In this document: piece after piece, positions 37,376 through 45,827 of the stretch | How the letters are laid out: each line of letters opens with the position of its first letter | How positions within the stretch are numbered: the stretch's first letter is position 1 | DNA from: a virus | Reading direction: 5' to 3' (one strand) | Virus record (IMG/VR): IMGVR_UViG_3300028534_000015 | Coordinates: 64,003-128,002 of that record | DNA: 64,000 nucleotides | The notes under the pieces: model-generated | Databases searched by the model: none | What the model was told of the DNA's origin: nothing | Seen by the model: the letters and a program-made list of their open reading frames with translations, nothing else | Position numbers and translations under genes: made by a program

Positions 37376-37388
37376 GATCTCAACTTCT
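37359..37388. terminator. Perfect 30-bp palindrome at convergent gene ends
   Basis: AGAAGTTGAGATCCTAGGATCTCAACTTCT containing both stop codons. Confidence 0.7.
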
Positions 37389-38597
37389 TGGCTTACTATA
37401 TTTAATAGCAATTAACATAATGTAAATTGCTAATGATGTCACTACCGTAACAATTACTCTTTTTGTTTTTTTGTTTGTAGCTAATCTAACGAAATCAGCT
37501 GCTTCTTTTTTAAACTTTTTATTCTCTTTGTCCTGAACCGTAGAAGATATCCAATAACCTCTAAGAAATTTTACTACGTCAATAATGGATTTATCATATG
37601 GAGGATATAATTCCGATTTATACAAGTAGTGTATATTTGCATTAACAGCTGTTTCTAATAATGAATCTATAGTTCTTTTATGTTTCGTGTAATTTTCACT
37701 CATAAATAAAACAGTCTGTTTGAGTTCTTTAGGATAAAGATTTGGGTAAATGTTTTTCATAATAGTAATATAATCTTCATAGAAAAACTCTCTAGGTTTA
37801 TAAACAGTATTCAATACAGCGTTATGATATTGTTTTGTGTCACTTACAATATCTACCATAATCTCACCTTGTTCGTCATCATGACCTAAGACAGACCGAG
37901 ACTCTCTTGCTGTATTAATATCCATCACCATATAAACCATACGCGTCAACTCTTTAACAGTTGAACGGATTTTACCTTGCATATCTGTAATAACAAGTGT
38001 TACATCTTTTGTGTTGTATTTGATAAGTGCTTTTTCATGAAGTCCTTTATGAGTAACGTATTGACCAAAATATTCAAAAACACCTTTCCAACTACCTTCT
38101 CTCTTAAGAATAAATCGTCTAGGTAGTTTTTCATAGACAGTAAGTGCGATATCTTTATCTAAGTTATGCGAGAAGTAACGTGTCATGAGTGATGAATAAA
38201 CCATAACAGAAAAGATATAAAATGTCTCCATAATAGTTTTATCTTTTTCTTCGACATTTTTAATGTGTGTATGGGTAAAATGCATTAGGTACATAATAAG
38301 ATGATATCTTGGATTACTTGCTACATTAAACGCCGGATTGATATCATGAAGTTTATGAAGGTCTTTCTTTAATTTTTCTTGGTCTATATCAAAAATAAGA
38401 TAAAATCGTTGTGCATCATCTTCCGTAAATTTAATAGTGTGCACGCCGATAAGGTTAGAGGATATAAAATCAAGATGGTCTTTAGATCTATATAACCAAT
38501 AAAGAAAAAAGTTTCTCATTTTTTTATAAAGTGTTTTTGAATCAGGTTTAATTCCCATGTTTGATTCAAATACTTTTTCTAGTTCTGTTTTTCTCAC
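37380..38597 (-). CDS. Conserved phiKZ-like virion structural protein
   Basis: GTG start after AAGGA; DHLDFISSNLIGVHTIKFT and FILKREGSW motifs typical of a conserved jumbo-phage family. Confidence 0.6.
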   Translation of the reverse strand: MRKTELEKVFESNMGIKPDSKTLYKKMRNFFLYWLYRSKDHLDFISSNLIGVHTIKFTEDDAQRFYLIFDIDQEKLKKDLHKLHDINPAFNVASNPRYHLIMYLMHFTHTHIKNVEEKDKTIMETFYIFSVMVYSSLMTRYFSHNLDKDIALTVYEKLPRRFILKREGSWKGVFEYFGQYVTHKGLHEKALIKYNTKDVTLVITDMQGKIRSTVKELTRMVYMVMDINTARESRSVLGHDDEQGEIMVDIVSDTKQYHNAVLNTVYKPREFFYEDYITIMKNIYPNLYPKELKQTVLFMSENYTKHKRTIDSLLETAVNANIHYLYKSELYPPYDKSIIDVVKFLRGYWISSTVQDKENKKFKKEAADFVRLATNKKTKRVIVTVVTSLAIYIMLIAIKYSKPRS

Positions 38598-38662
38598 GTT
38601 GTGTCCTTATAGGTTAAATCAAGTGAAATATGTTTAATATGAAACCACAAGAAAGGATTAAT

Positions 38663-39553
38663 ATGGGAACTTCTATACCCAAACTATCCTCTACAATTAA
38701 CCAAGATTTTCAGTTAAGTAATTTTATAGACTTATCAGAAGCAGAGCAGTATAATACTGAACAACCTATCATTAAAGATATTGTCTTAACATTTGGAGAC
38801 ATTGCGGGTGCTTTAGGTGATCTATACAATACTGTTATGGGACTTGTTAATGAATTCCTTAGTATTTTCTCTGGATTAAAACAGTTTTTTGATAAATTAG
38901 GACTAACCGATCTTTTTAAATCCATTTTCGATTTTGTATCTAATAATACATCAGGTTTTGGATTTTCATTGGAACAAAGAACAAATCTTAGCGACATGTA
39001 TGTTAACTCCTGTCTTAACTATAATAGCTATTTAAATACAAGTTACGGAAATAAATATAATGATTTGTATTCGTTAACATTAGTAGGTATCTTAAATGCA
39101 TTAATTTGTTTGGGGACTGAAGGTGCACTTACATCTCTTTATGCTATGTTATCGGATAATACAGAACTTGATAAAACAGAAGTAGATAATATGGTCGGGT
39201 CTTCTCTATCGTATTTTATGAATGAATCAAATCCTAATTCTATATCGTTGTTTGAAGAGATAGGTACACTAGGTTTAGAAAAAAGCGTAAGTTATTATAC
39301 ACCAAACATTACTGAACTTGGTTTAAAGTACATAGAAAATGATACAAGTACGAATACTGATTATAATAAACTTATAAATAGTTTTCAATCATACGATAAC
39401 TCATTTGGTACTAATACATTCGATATGTCTATTTTTGAAAATACTTCAAAGATAGGCTCGTTGGCGTCATCTGCTATTTCAACAAGAGAACCAAGTAGTG
39501 ATCCATACACTGTTTCAGATGTGTCTTTTGATGACATGTTATCTCTATTTTAA
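38663..39553 (+). CDS. Putative virion structural protein
   Basis: Start MGTSIPK after AAAGGA; Ser/Thr/Asn-rich, amphipathic helices. Confidence 0.55.
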   Translation: MGTSIPKLSSTINQDFQLSNFIDLSEAEQYNTEQPIIKDIVLTFGDIAGALGDLYNTVMGLVNEFLSIFSGLKQFFDKLGLTDLFKSIFDFVSNNTSGFGFSLEQRTNLSDMYVNSCLNYNSYLNTSYGNKYNDLYSLTLVGILNALICLGTEGALTSLYAMLSDNTELDKTEVDNMVGSSLSYFMNESNPNSISLFEEIGTLGLEKSVSYYTPNITELGLKYIENDTSTNTDYNKLINSFQSYDNSFGTNTFDMSIFENTSKIGSLASSAISTREPSSDPYTVSDVSFDDMLSLF

Positions 39554-39564
39554 TAAGGACTGAT

Positions 39565-39909
39565 ATGAGTTTAATTTTAAGTTTTATATCTAGAATTTCT
39601 TTGAAATCTAGACTTTTGATTATTTTAGGTGTTGTTGTTATGTCGGTGTTTTTATATATAAGACACCAAGACAAAACAATTGAACGATTAAATCTTGATA
39701 AAAAAGAACAAGAAATTGTTGACTATAAAGAGTTGTTTAAAGATAAACGATTTATAGAAGCATTAAATAACACACTTGAAAATAATCTAAGTGTTGAGAA
39801 TATGGCGTTAGAAGATATTAGAATTTCACATAAACATTCTATGGAAAATAATAAATCATCTGAAACTGCTATAGATGTTTTATGGGAGGTATATGAACAT
39901 GTTAAATAG
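39565..39909 (+). CDS. Inner-membrane spanin (Rz-like)
   Basis: N-terminal TM helix (LLIILGVVVMSVFLYI) then coiled coil; overlaps downstream lipoprotein gene. Confidence 0.7.
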   Translation: MSLILSFISRISLKSRLLIILGVVVMSVFLYIRHQDKTIERLNLDKKEQEIVDYKELFKDKRFIEALNNTLENNLSVENMALEDIRISHKHSMENNKSSETAIDVLWEVYEHVK

Positions 39910-40204
39910 ACTATGGATTATATTTCCTCTCATATGGCTCCAGGGTTGCGTATTTGAGCCTAAACCACAAAAACCAAAGATAATACACACAACGCCACCT
40001 AACTCTCTTCTAAGGCTATATAGAACACCGCAACCACCCGATAAAAATAACTACTTATCATTGTCTGAAAAAGATAAAGAACTTGTTTTGGCAGATTATA
40101 CGGTTGACCTACTCACAACAATAGGTAAGTATAAAAGACAAACCATTAAACTTCGTAAATGGAAAAACGAAATAAAGAAAAAAGAAAATAGTAAGGAAGA
40201 GTGA
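39893..40204 (+). CDS. Outer-membrane spanin lipoprotein (Rz1-like)
   Basis: GGAGG RBS; signal peptide with lipobox LQGC; Pro-rich PPNSLL...PQPP. Confidence 0.78.
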   Translation: MNMLNRLWIIFPLIWLQGCVFEPKPQKPKIIHTTPPNSLLRLYRTPQPPDKNNYLSLSEKDKELVLADYTVDLLTTIGKYKRQTIKLRKWKNEIKKKENSKEE

Positions 40205-40223
40205 GACTTATGTCTCACTCTTC
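40196..40223. terminator. Bidirectional hairpin at convergent gene ends
   Basis: GAAGAGTGAGAC-ttat-GTCTCACTCTTC containing both stop codons. Confidence 0.7.
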
Positions 40224-40570
40224 TCTTCATCTTTTTTAAACTTAATGTTATTAAGCGTGTGATATGTTGCTTCATCTTCACGCTCTCCTCTAAGTCTTAT
40301 CTTAACTGTTATTGAAAACTCAACAACATTGAGAGCATTCTTTAACAGGAAGATAAATTTATTAAAAGACATTTCTGTTAAAGCAAAATCTGCTTTAATG
40401 TTATGGGTTGTAGACCCCTTTATGCCTTTTTTATTGTTTTCTGATATATACTTGTTCACAATATCTTGCCAAGTGTATATCAGTCCTCTATCCGACAATA
40501 TCTTTCTAAATAACTTAGCCAATATGTTTCCTGGCTTCGTTATTTTAATTTCGTCTTCCCGCAGTTTCAT
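40208..40570 (-). CDS. Conserved phiKZ-like hypothetical protein
   Basis: GNILAKLFRKIL...MSFNKF pattern; own ATATTAT promoter motif and leader hairpin. Confidence 0.6.
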   Translation of the reverse strand: MKLREDEIKITKPGNILAKLFRKILSDRGLIYTWQDIVNKYISENNKKGIKGSTTHNIKADFALTEMSFNKFIFLLKNALNVVEFSITVKIRLRGEREDEATYHTLNNIKFKKDEEKSET

Positions 40571-40663
40571 TAGTTCTCCTTTTAAGGCGGGATTGGGGAA
40601 GAGTATTTCGCGACTACACTCTTAAACCCAAAATAATAATATATATATGAAAAATACTCGATA

Positions 40664-42745
40664 TCAGCTTCTCAAATAGAGACCTGAAGTATCGAATATT
40701 GCTCCTGTGAGAGTACCAAATGTTTTACCTAACAATGAATCACCAGTTAACATACCAAGATATGATGGAGATGTCAATGCTTTTACACCCATCACAGCTC
40801 TTGATGTTTGCAATAACCCATTCCTAAATGCGTATCTTGTTGTATGGTAATCCCTTCCGGCAAATGTAGATAAATATTTGTTAAGTGCGTTATTGTCATC
40901 AAGTCCTATACCGAAAGCACCTAACAACGATTGTTTAACAGGTGCCGCGAAGTACTCTGAAAAATCTTTTATTGTAAAAATTATTTCAATTCCTAGTGTT
41001 TTCCCGTCTTTAGAGAAGGCGATATTATTTACTGCTTTCTTAATTGTAATCGATGATATCATGCCAAAATCAATGTTAAGTTTACCTCTTAGAAAGGCTC
41101 TACATAGTCTTGGAGATTGATATACATTCTGACCAACTCCTTGCGGTAATGTACCAGCTAAAAGTGACGATAAAACTAAATCTATATCCATAGATTTTGA
41201 AATTACATTTCCATAAGGCGGAGTAGCTACTATCTTAAATGATTGTTCTGGTAAATTAACATTACTATCAGACCACATTTTAGGGAAGTTCATATAGCCA
41301 CCATTTGTCAACGCCATAATGACATTTGATAAACCAAATGTGACTTGATCTAATGTTCCAGCGACAACATCTTTAATTCCATCTTGCATTTTCTTGACAG
41401 TATAGCCAAAAATATTACCGCCACTTGTACTAAACCGTAGGTCTCTTGCTGCACCACCTAATTCTACAAATTTAGATTTAGCAGGAATATCTTTAAATTC
41501 ATTCGAAGCCGAAAAGTCTGATGGATTAACATATTCTACAGTTAACATCAATGTCTGTCCACCGTCTTTAATAGTAGACATAGTTGCTTCTGCATATTCT
41601 TTAACTGTTTCTTCTGCTAACTCAAACGGGAATTTCAAATATCTCCATAAATTATCAGGTTTAAGATAATCTACAAGATCTCCACTAGAAGCTGATTCAG
41701 CTTTCGGTAGATCTTCTTCAGCTTGTGTTTTTTTAGAATAAAAGAATTCTGATTTATCTTTAATAGCTTTAAGATATGCTTCATAGTTTACTTCTCTATC
41801 AAGTTGACCAGTAGCTTCGTTAAGAACACCATCAACTTGTGATTTAATAAGTCTTGTTGAGTTAAATGCAATTGTTTCACGCATAAGTTGTCTGTTTACT
41901 TCTACTTGTGCTCTTTGTGATATAGCAAAAACATCTATGTAGTTTGTTTCACTAAAAATTGCAGGAAGTGTCTCTTTTAAAGGCGCTAGTAAGTTACCGT
42001 CAACTTTTAGGGGAAGTCCTAGTTTGTTTTCTGCATCGCTAGGTGTAATTCCTGGAAGTAATATTCCGCGTTCTGTAGCCAAGTAGTTATGTATAGCACT
42101 TACAGACGCCCAGTAATCTGGCATGTTAGGTTTAAAATGATAGTATCTAGTATCACCATTACCTACAAATGCTTTAAGTCCAAAAATACCCGCATATACC
42201 AAAGCTACATTTACATTAAGGGTTACTATTTGTCCTAGTACACCTATAACTTCTCCTACCGTATACCATTTCGTATCTCTACCCTCTTTTGCAATAACAG
42301 ATTTTTGATAATCTGCAGAACGCGCATAAAATGATAGCATAGATATAAATTCAGGAACCCCAAATTCTAGAACAAGTATTTCTCTGTTTACATCTATATA
42401 GTCACCGTAGCATCTCCCAACACCGATATTCCAACCGCTTACTTTATCATTTTCTATTTTAAAGTCTGCAGGACCGAAACCTTTTGTTCTGTCAAATCTC
42501 CTACCCATTCTCGGAATATCTGCATATCTTGTAAATTGATATTCTGGGTTAATTGTAAGAGACCCACCGATAGATGTATCGGTCAACATTCTATCTGAAA
42601 ATGATGAAAAAATATTTACTCTTGCTTCTTCGTCTAGTTTTTTAAGATCAACAATAAAAGCATCTGTTAACCAATCTGAATCAAACACATTAGCTAAAGG
42701 ATCTGTGTAAGTTATGGTTGACTCACCTGTATTAATAGTTGGCAT
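40664..42745 (-). CDS. Virion tail/baseplate structural protein (phiKZ gp182-like)
   Basis: TDTSIGGSLTINPEYQFTRYADI, FGVPEF, PKMWSDS and TPPYGN motifs. Confidence 0.65.
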   Translation of the reverse strand: MPTINTGESTITYTDPLANVFDSDWLTDAFIVDLKKLDEEARVNIFSSFSDRMLTDTSIGGSLTINPEYQFTRYADIPRMGRRFDRTKGFGPADFKIENDKVSGWNIGVGRCYGDYIDVNREILVLEFGVPEFISMLSFYARSADYQKSVIAKEGRDTKWYTVGEVIGVLGQIVTLNVNVALVYAGIFGLKAFVGNGDTRYYHFKPNMPDYWASVSAIHNYLATERGILLPGITPSDAENKLGLPLKVDGNLLAPLKETLPAIFSETNYIDVFAISQRAQVEVNRQLMRETIAFNSTRLIKSQVDGVLNEATGQLDREVNYEAYLKAIKDKSEFFYSKKTQAEEDLPKAESASSGDLVDYLKPDNLWRYLKFPFELAEETVKEYAEATMSTIKDGGQTLMLTVEYVNPSDFSASNEFKDIPAKSKFVELGGAARDLRFSTSGGNIFGYTVKKMQDGIKDVVAGTLDQVTFGLSNVIMALTNGGYMNFPKMWSDSNVNLPEQSFKIVATPPYGNVISKSMDIDLVLSSLLAGTLPQGVGQNVYQSPRLCRAFLRGKLNIDFGMISSITIKKAVNNIAFSKDGKTLGIEIIFTIKDFSEYFAAPVKQSLLGAFGIGLDDNNALNKYLSTFAGRDYHTTRYAFRNGLLQTSRAVMGVKALTSPSYLGMLTGDSLLGKTFGTLTGAIFDTSGLYLRS

Positions 42746-42780
42746 ATGAATCCTTTATTTTATACTCAACCAAATAATAC

Positions 42781-42808
42781 AGATGGTAGGTCTGATGACC
42801 TACCATCT
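42781..42808 (-). terminator. Hairpin terminator after protease
   Basis: AGATGGTAGGTC-tgat-GACCTACCATCT including the stop codon. Confidence 0.7.
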
Positions 42809-43570
42809 ATAAATACAATTTTCACCTTGACATTCACTAAAGAATTTTTCAACAGTATCTACAAAATCCATGTTGACACTAGATTCAAGACCTTCTGTGA
42901 CTTCCTTATCATGAATCGCTCTAAGGTCAGAGAGTGTTTTCTTAAACTCGCCTACTTCTTCTTGATTTGCTAAATCGATAGATAAAAGTTCCTCGTTACC
43001 GACAGTTAACCCAACAGAAGAAACTTTATCTGATTTATTAACTCCATTTATTGTTACAAAGTCCCATGTAACAAGAACTATAACAGTTCTTACATATCCG
43101 GACTGTCTACAAATGGTTCTTACACTAAAAGATGCATTGATATTGTCATCTTTAAACGCATCTTCCATTACATGCTTTAACTCACCGAAAGGTTTTACTT
43201 TTAAGTAAACTACTGCTTCTGTTTTATTTTTATTAAATTCAACAATAACATCTTTAATGAAACCGCATACTCTATCAGGAACAATCCTAGCAAGACGTGT
43301 AAAATATTCTTTATCTGTCATACCAGGAAGTCTTTCAGGGTGTCCGTTTTCACTAAACAATTTACCTGCAGTAACTCGCATCATAAATGGAGAGGATCTC
43401 TCTAGTGTTTTTATCAATTCCTCTGAAAGTTCGTAAACAATACCTGCTGAATTAGGAACGCCGAAAGTTCCTGCTCTTATTGTATAATATCCTTCATTAT
43501 CTGGTTCAAAACCTCCGTTTTGTCTAACCATCTCCGCGACGTTTGAAGTAAAAACTAATCTTTCTCCCAT
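42800..43570 (-). CDS. Prohead (head maturation) protease (phiKZ gp175-like)
   Basis: ENGHP (His), SFSVRT (Ser), TWDFV; synteny gp175-178; candidate self-cleavage site GLES. Confidence 0.85.
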   Translation of the reverse strand: MGERLVFTSNVAEMVRQNGGFEPDNEGYYTIRAGTFGVPNSAGIVYELSEELIKTLERSSPFMMRVTAGKLFSENGHPERLPGMTDKEYFTRLARIVPDRVCGFIKDVIVEFNKNKTEAVVYLKVKPFGELKHVMEDAFKDDNINASFSVRTICRQSGYVRTVIVLVTWDFVTINGVNKSDKVSSVGLTVGNEELLSIDLANQEEVGEFKKTLSDLRAIHDKEVTEGLESSVNMDFVDTVEKFFSECQGENCIYRW

Positions 43571-43579
43571 ATCTTTCCT

Positions 43580-44299
43580 TTAAAGTTTATAAAATTTTTC
43601 TATATCTGTTTCTTCTTGCGGTTCTTTATTAAGAACTGAAGTCTCACCTTGTGTGAAATATCTTCCTGTCAACTTCGCAATATTTGCTTCAATACCGTTA
43701 GCGACATCACCTAGTCCGACATATTGATATTCACCAATTTTTAAATTCCTTAAATCAGAATTAACTAATCTAAGTTGTTTTGATACATCATTAGGGTCTC
43801 TGACCATTATTGAAATAGTTGCTTCAATACCTGCGGGATTATCTCCTATATTAGCACCACTGTATTTGTTACTTTTAATAAAGAAATCAAAAAGATCATT
43901 TGGTGTTATATAAAAAGGAACTTTTCCTTTTACAAGAAATTCATTTACGATAGAGAAAATAAATCCACTATCTTTAATAACCTTCTTGCTTTTTATTAAA
44001 AAATTCCCTTCAGGAATAGTGAGTTTGATAAACTCTATATCAGATATTTTAACCTCTTCAATAATCGACGGCTCTATTTCTGTATATAAAGGCAATGATG
44101 ACAATATAACATTGTTTTTTTCATCTCCAACCATATACGTAGAGACAACTTTCACAGTCTCTTCTAACGTAGCAAGACCTACGTCTACAAACCTCTTAGG
44201 AAAGTAAACGTAAAGTTCTTTAGTCGTTTTAACGCCTTGACCGCTATTTTTAAGATGTTTTGCAACTATTTTAGACGGATTAAAATCAGTTATTTTCAT
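43580..44299 (-). CDS. Conserved protein (phiKZ gp176-like)
   Basis: Synteny; YFPKRF, KGKVPFY and KLTGRYF motifs. Confidence 0.65.
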   Translation of the reverse strand: MKITDFNPSKIVAKHLKNSGQGVKTTKELYVYFPKRFVDVGLATLEETVKVVSTYMVGDEKNNVILSSLPLYTEIEPSIIEEVKISDIEFIKLTIPEGNFLIKSKKVIKDSGFIFSIVNEFLVKGKVPFYITPNDLFDFFIKSNKYSGANIGDNPAGIEATISIMVRDPNDVSKQLRLVNSDLRNLKIGEYQYVGLGDVANGIEANIAKLTGRYFTQGETSVLNKEPQEETDIEKFYKL

Positions 44300-45611
44300 G
44301 AGTCAATCCTTTAGAGACGACTCTCCCGATAATTTCAGCCAATGTCGCAACAATAGCTTGATCTCTTGTGAAGCCATATTGTGGTGATTCATAAATATGA
44401 TAAGTTCTCATAAATACATCAAAACCTGTTTTAGTGTAAATCACTTCTCTAAAGATTCTCTCTATGTATTTAACAACTTCTTTATGGTCAGTTAGAACTG
44501 GTCTGTTATAAATGAAGGTTTTAACATTATTAATAACGTCTCTTGTCTCAACAGTATCCATTTCTCTTTCTTTAATGTATTTTGTTAATTCAGAGATAAT
44601 AATAAGTTTAAGTTCTCTCTCGCTAACTGCGTGCATTTCTACAACTGTATTTTTGTGGCGCTCTGTCCAAAGTTCAACAAAGTTTTTTGAGTTATTGATG
44701 ACTTCGTCATATTTTAAACGCTTTAGTTTACTGTCGAGTTTTAATCCGGCGCCGAATAGTACTTCTATAGGGTATTCTTCATTGATAAATCTTTCAAAAG
44801 GTTTTTCTAGAACTATCACAATGTTTTCTGAGCCAAATGTAATAAAAATATTGTTCATAGAAAGTTCTTCGAAAGACTTAATAGCCTTAGAAACTACTTC
44901 ATTAATTTTTTGTAGAAGTGCTTCTACATAGTCAGAATTATCTGTAGTAATAAGACCGAATGAACCGTTTTGTAATTCTAACGCGATAAACCAACTCATG
45001 AAAAGTGCGTCAGTATTTGCAGCGTTTTCAACAGTGAGTCTTAGTCTAAGAATATCTGCTTTAAGCGGTGTGTCAAAACCATAGAATACGGAATTAATAA
45101 CACGTTCTATTTCTTCATCTTCAAATTTATCAAAATACTCACCGATCGATCTTTTTAGATCTGATTTAGCATTCTTGAAGAAATTTCTGATTACTTCAGG
45201 TGTCAATTTGATATTCTTTCTCAAACCGTCATGTAGTACATCAATATTGTTTTGTGGTCTGTTATTAATTTTATCGATAGTTCCTAATTCCTGAAACTCA
45301 ATAAGTGGTTCTGGAATTGAAATGACTTTAACTATTGGTGTTTTAACAACTGAAGTACGTTTAGATGTTATTTCTGTATACGCGTCATGAATAGATTCTG
45401 AAACTTTAAAGATATCATTTAGAAATGACTTAAAGGTCATGATTTCATTAGCAAGCGCTTCGGATACTCTGTCTTTCATGCTAATAAACATCGGAGAGAG
45501 ATTAAACTCATTTTCAGATAACATATAATCGTAAACAAGACTTCCCTTGCGCGGTGTTACTACTCCTACAACATTCTCGATATACGCTGCTTTTTCTTTA
45601 ATGAAACTCAT
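44286..45611 (-). CDS. Conserved protein (phiKZ gp177-like)
   Basis: 441 aa between gp176-like and gp178-like genes. Confidence 0.55.
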   Translation of the reverse strand: MSFIKEKAAYIENVVGVVTPRKGSLVYDYMLSENEFNLSPMFISMKDRVSEALANEIMTFKSFLNDIFKVSESIHDAYTEITSKRTSVVKTPIVKVISIPEPLIEFQELGTIDKINNRPQNNIDVLHDGLRKNIKLTPEVIRNFFKNAKSDLKRSIGEYFDKFEDEEIERVINSVFYGFDTPLKADILRLRLTVENAANTDALFMSWFIALELQNGSFGLITTDNSDYVEALLQKINEVVSKAIKSFEELSMNNIFITFGSENIVIVLEKPFERFINEEYPIEVLFGAGLKLDSKLKRLKYDEVINNSKNFVELWTERHKNTVVEMHAVSERELKLIIISELTKYIKEREMDTVETRDVINNVKTFIYNRPVLTDHKEVVKYIERIFREVIYTKTGFDVFMRTYHIYESPQYGFTRDQAIVATLAEIIGRVVSKGLTHENN

Positions 45612-45787
45612 TTATTTCTCTCCTTTTCAATTTGATCTTGAATACCCTTTGTAATCAAGCTTATCTGTGTTTTCTTTGTCTCTGGAGACATATTAATTCC
45701 GTTAATTCCTAGAGAGTTTTTTCTAAGAATAGTTGATAGAATAATTTGCGACACATCAATCGCAGCTTCAATAGGTGTTTTGTCCAT
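45608..45787 (-). CDS. Unannotated 59-aa protein MDKTPIEAAIDVSQIILSTILRK...
   Basis: AAAGGT RBS; fills the gap; ATGA stop/start overlap with next gene. Confidence 0.65.
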   Translation of the reverse strand: MDKTPIEAAIDVSQIILSTILRKNSLGINGINMSPETKKTQISLITKGIQDQIEKERNK

Positions 45788-45827
45788 AATTATTACCTTT
45801 TATGTCTGTTAATTTCAATGGAAAAGA

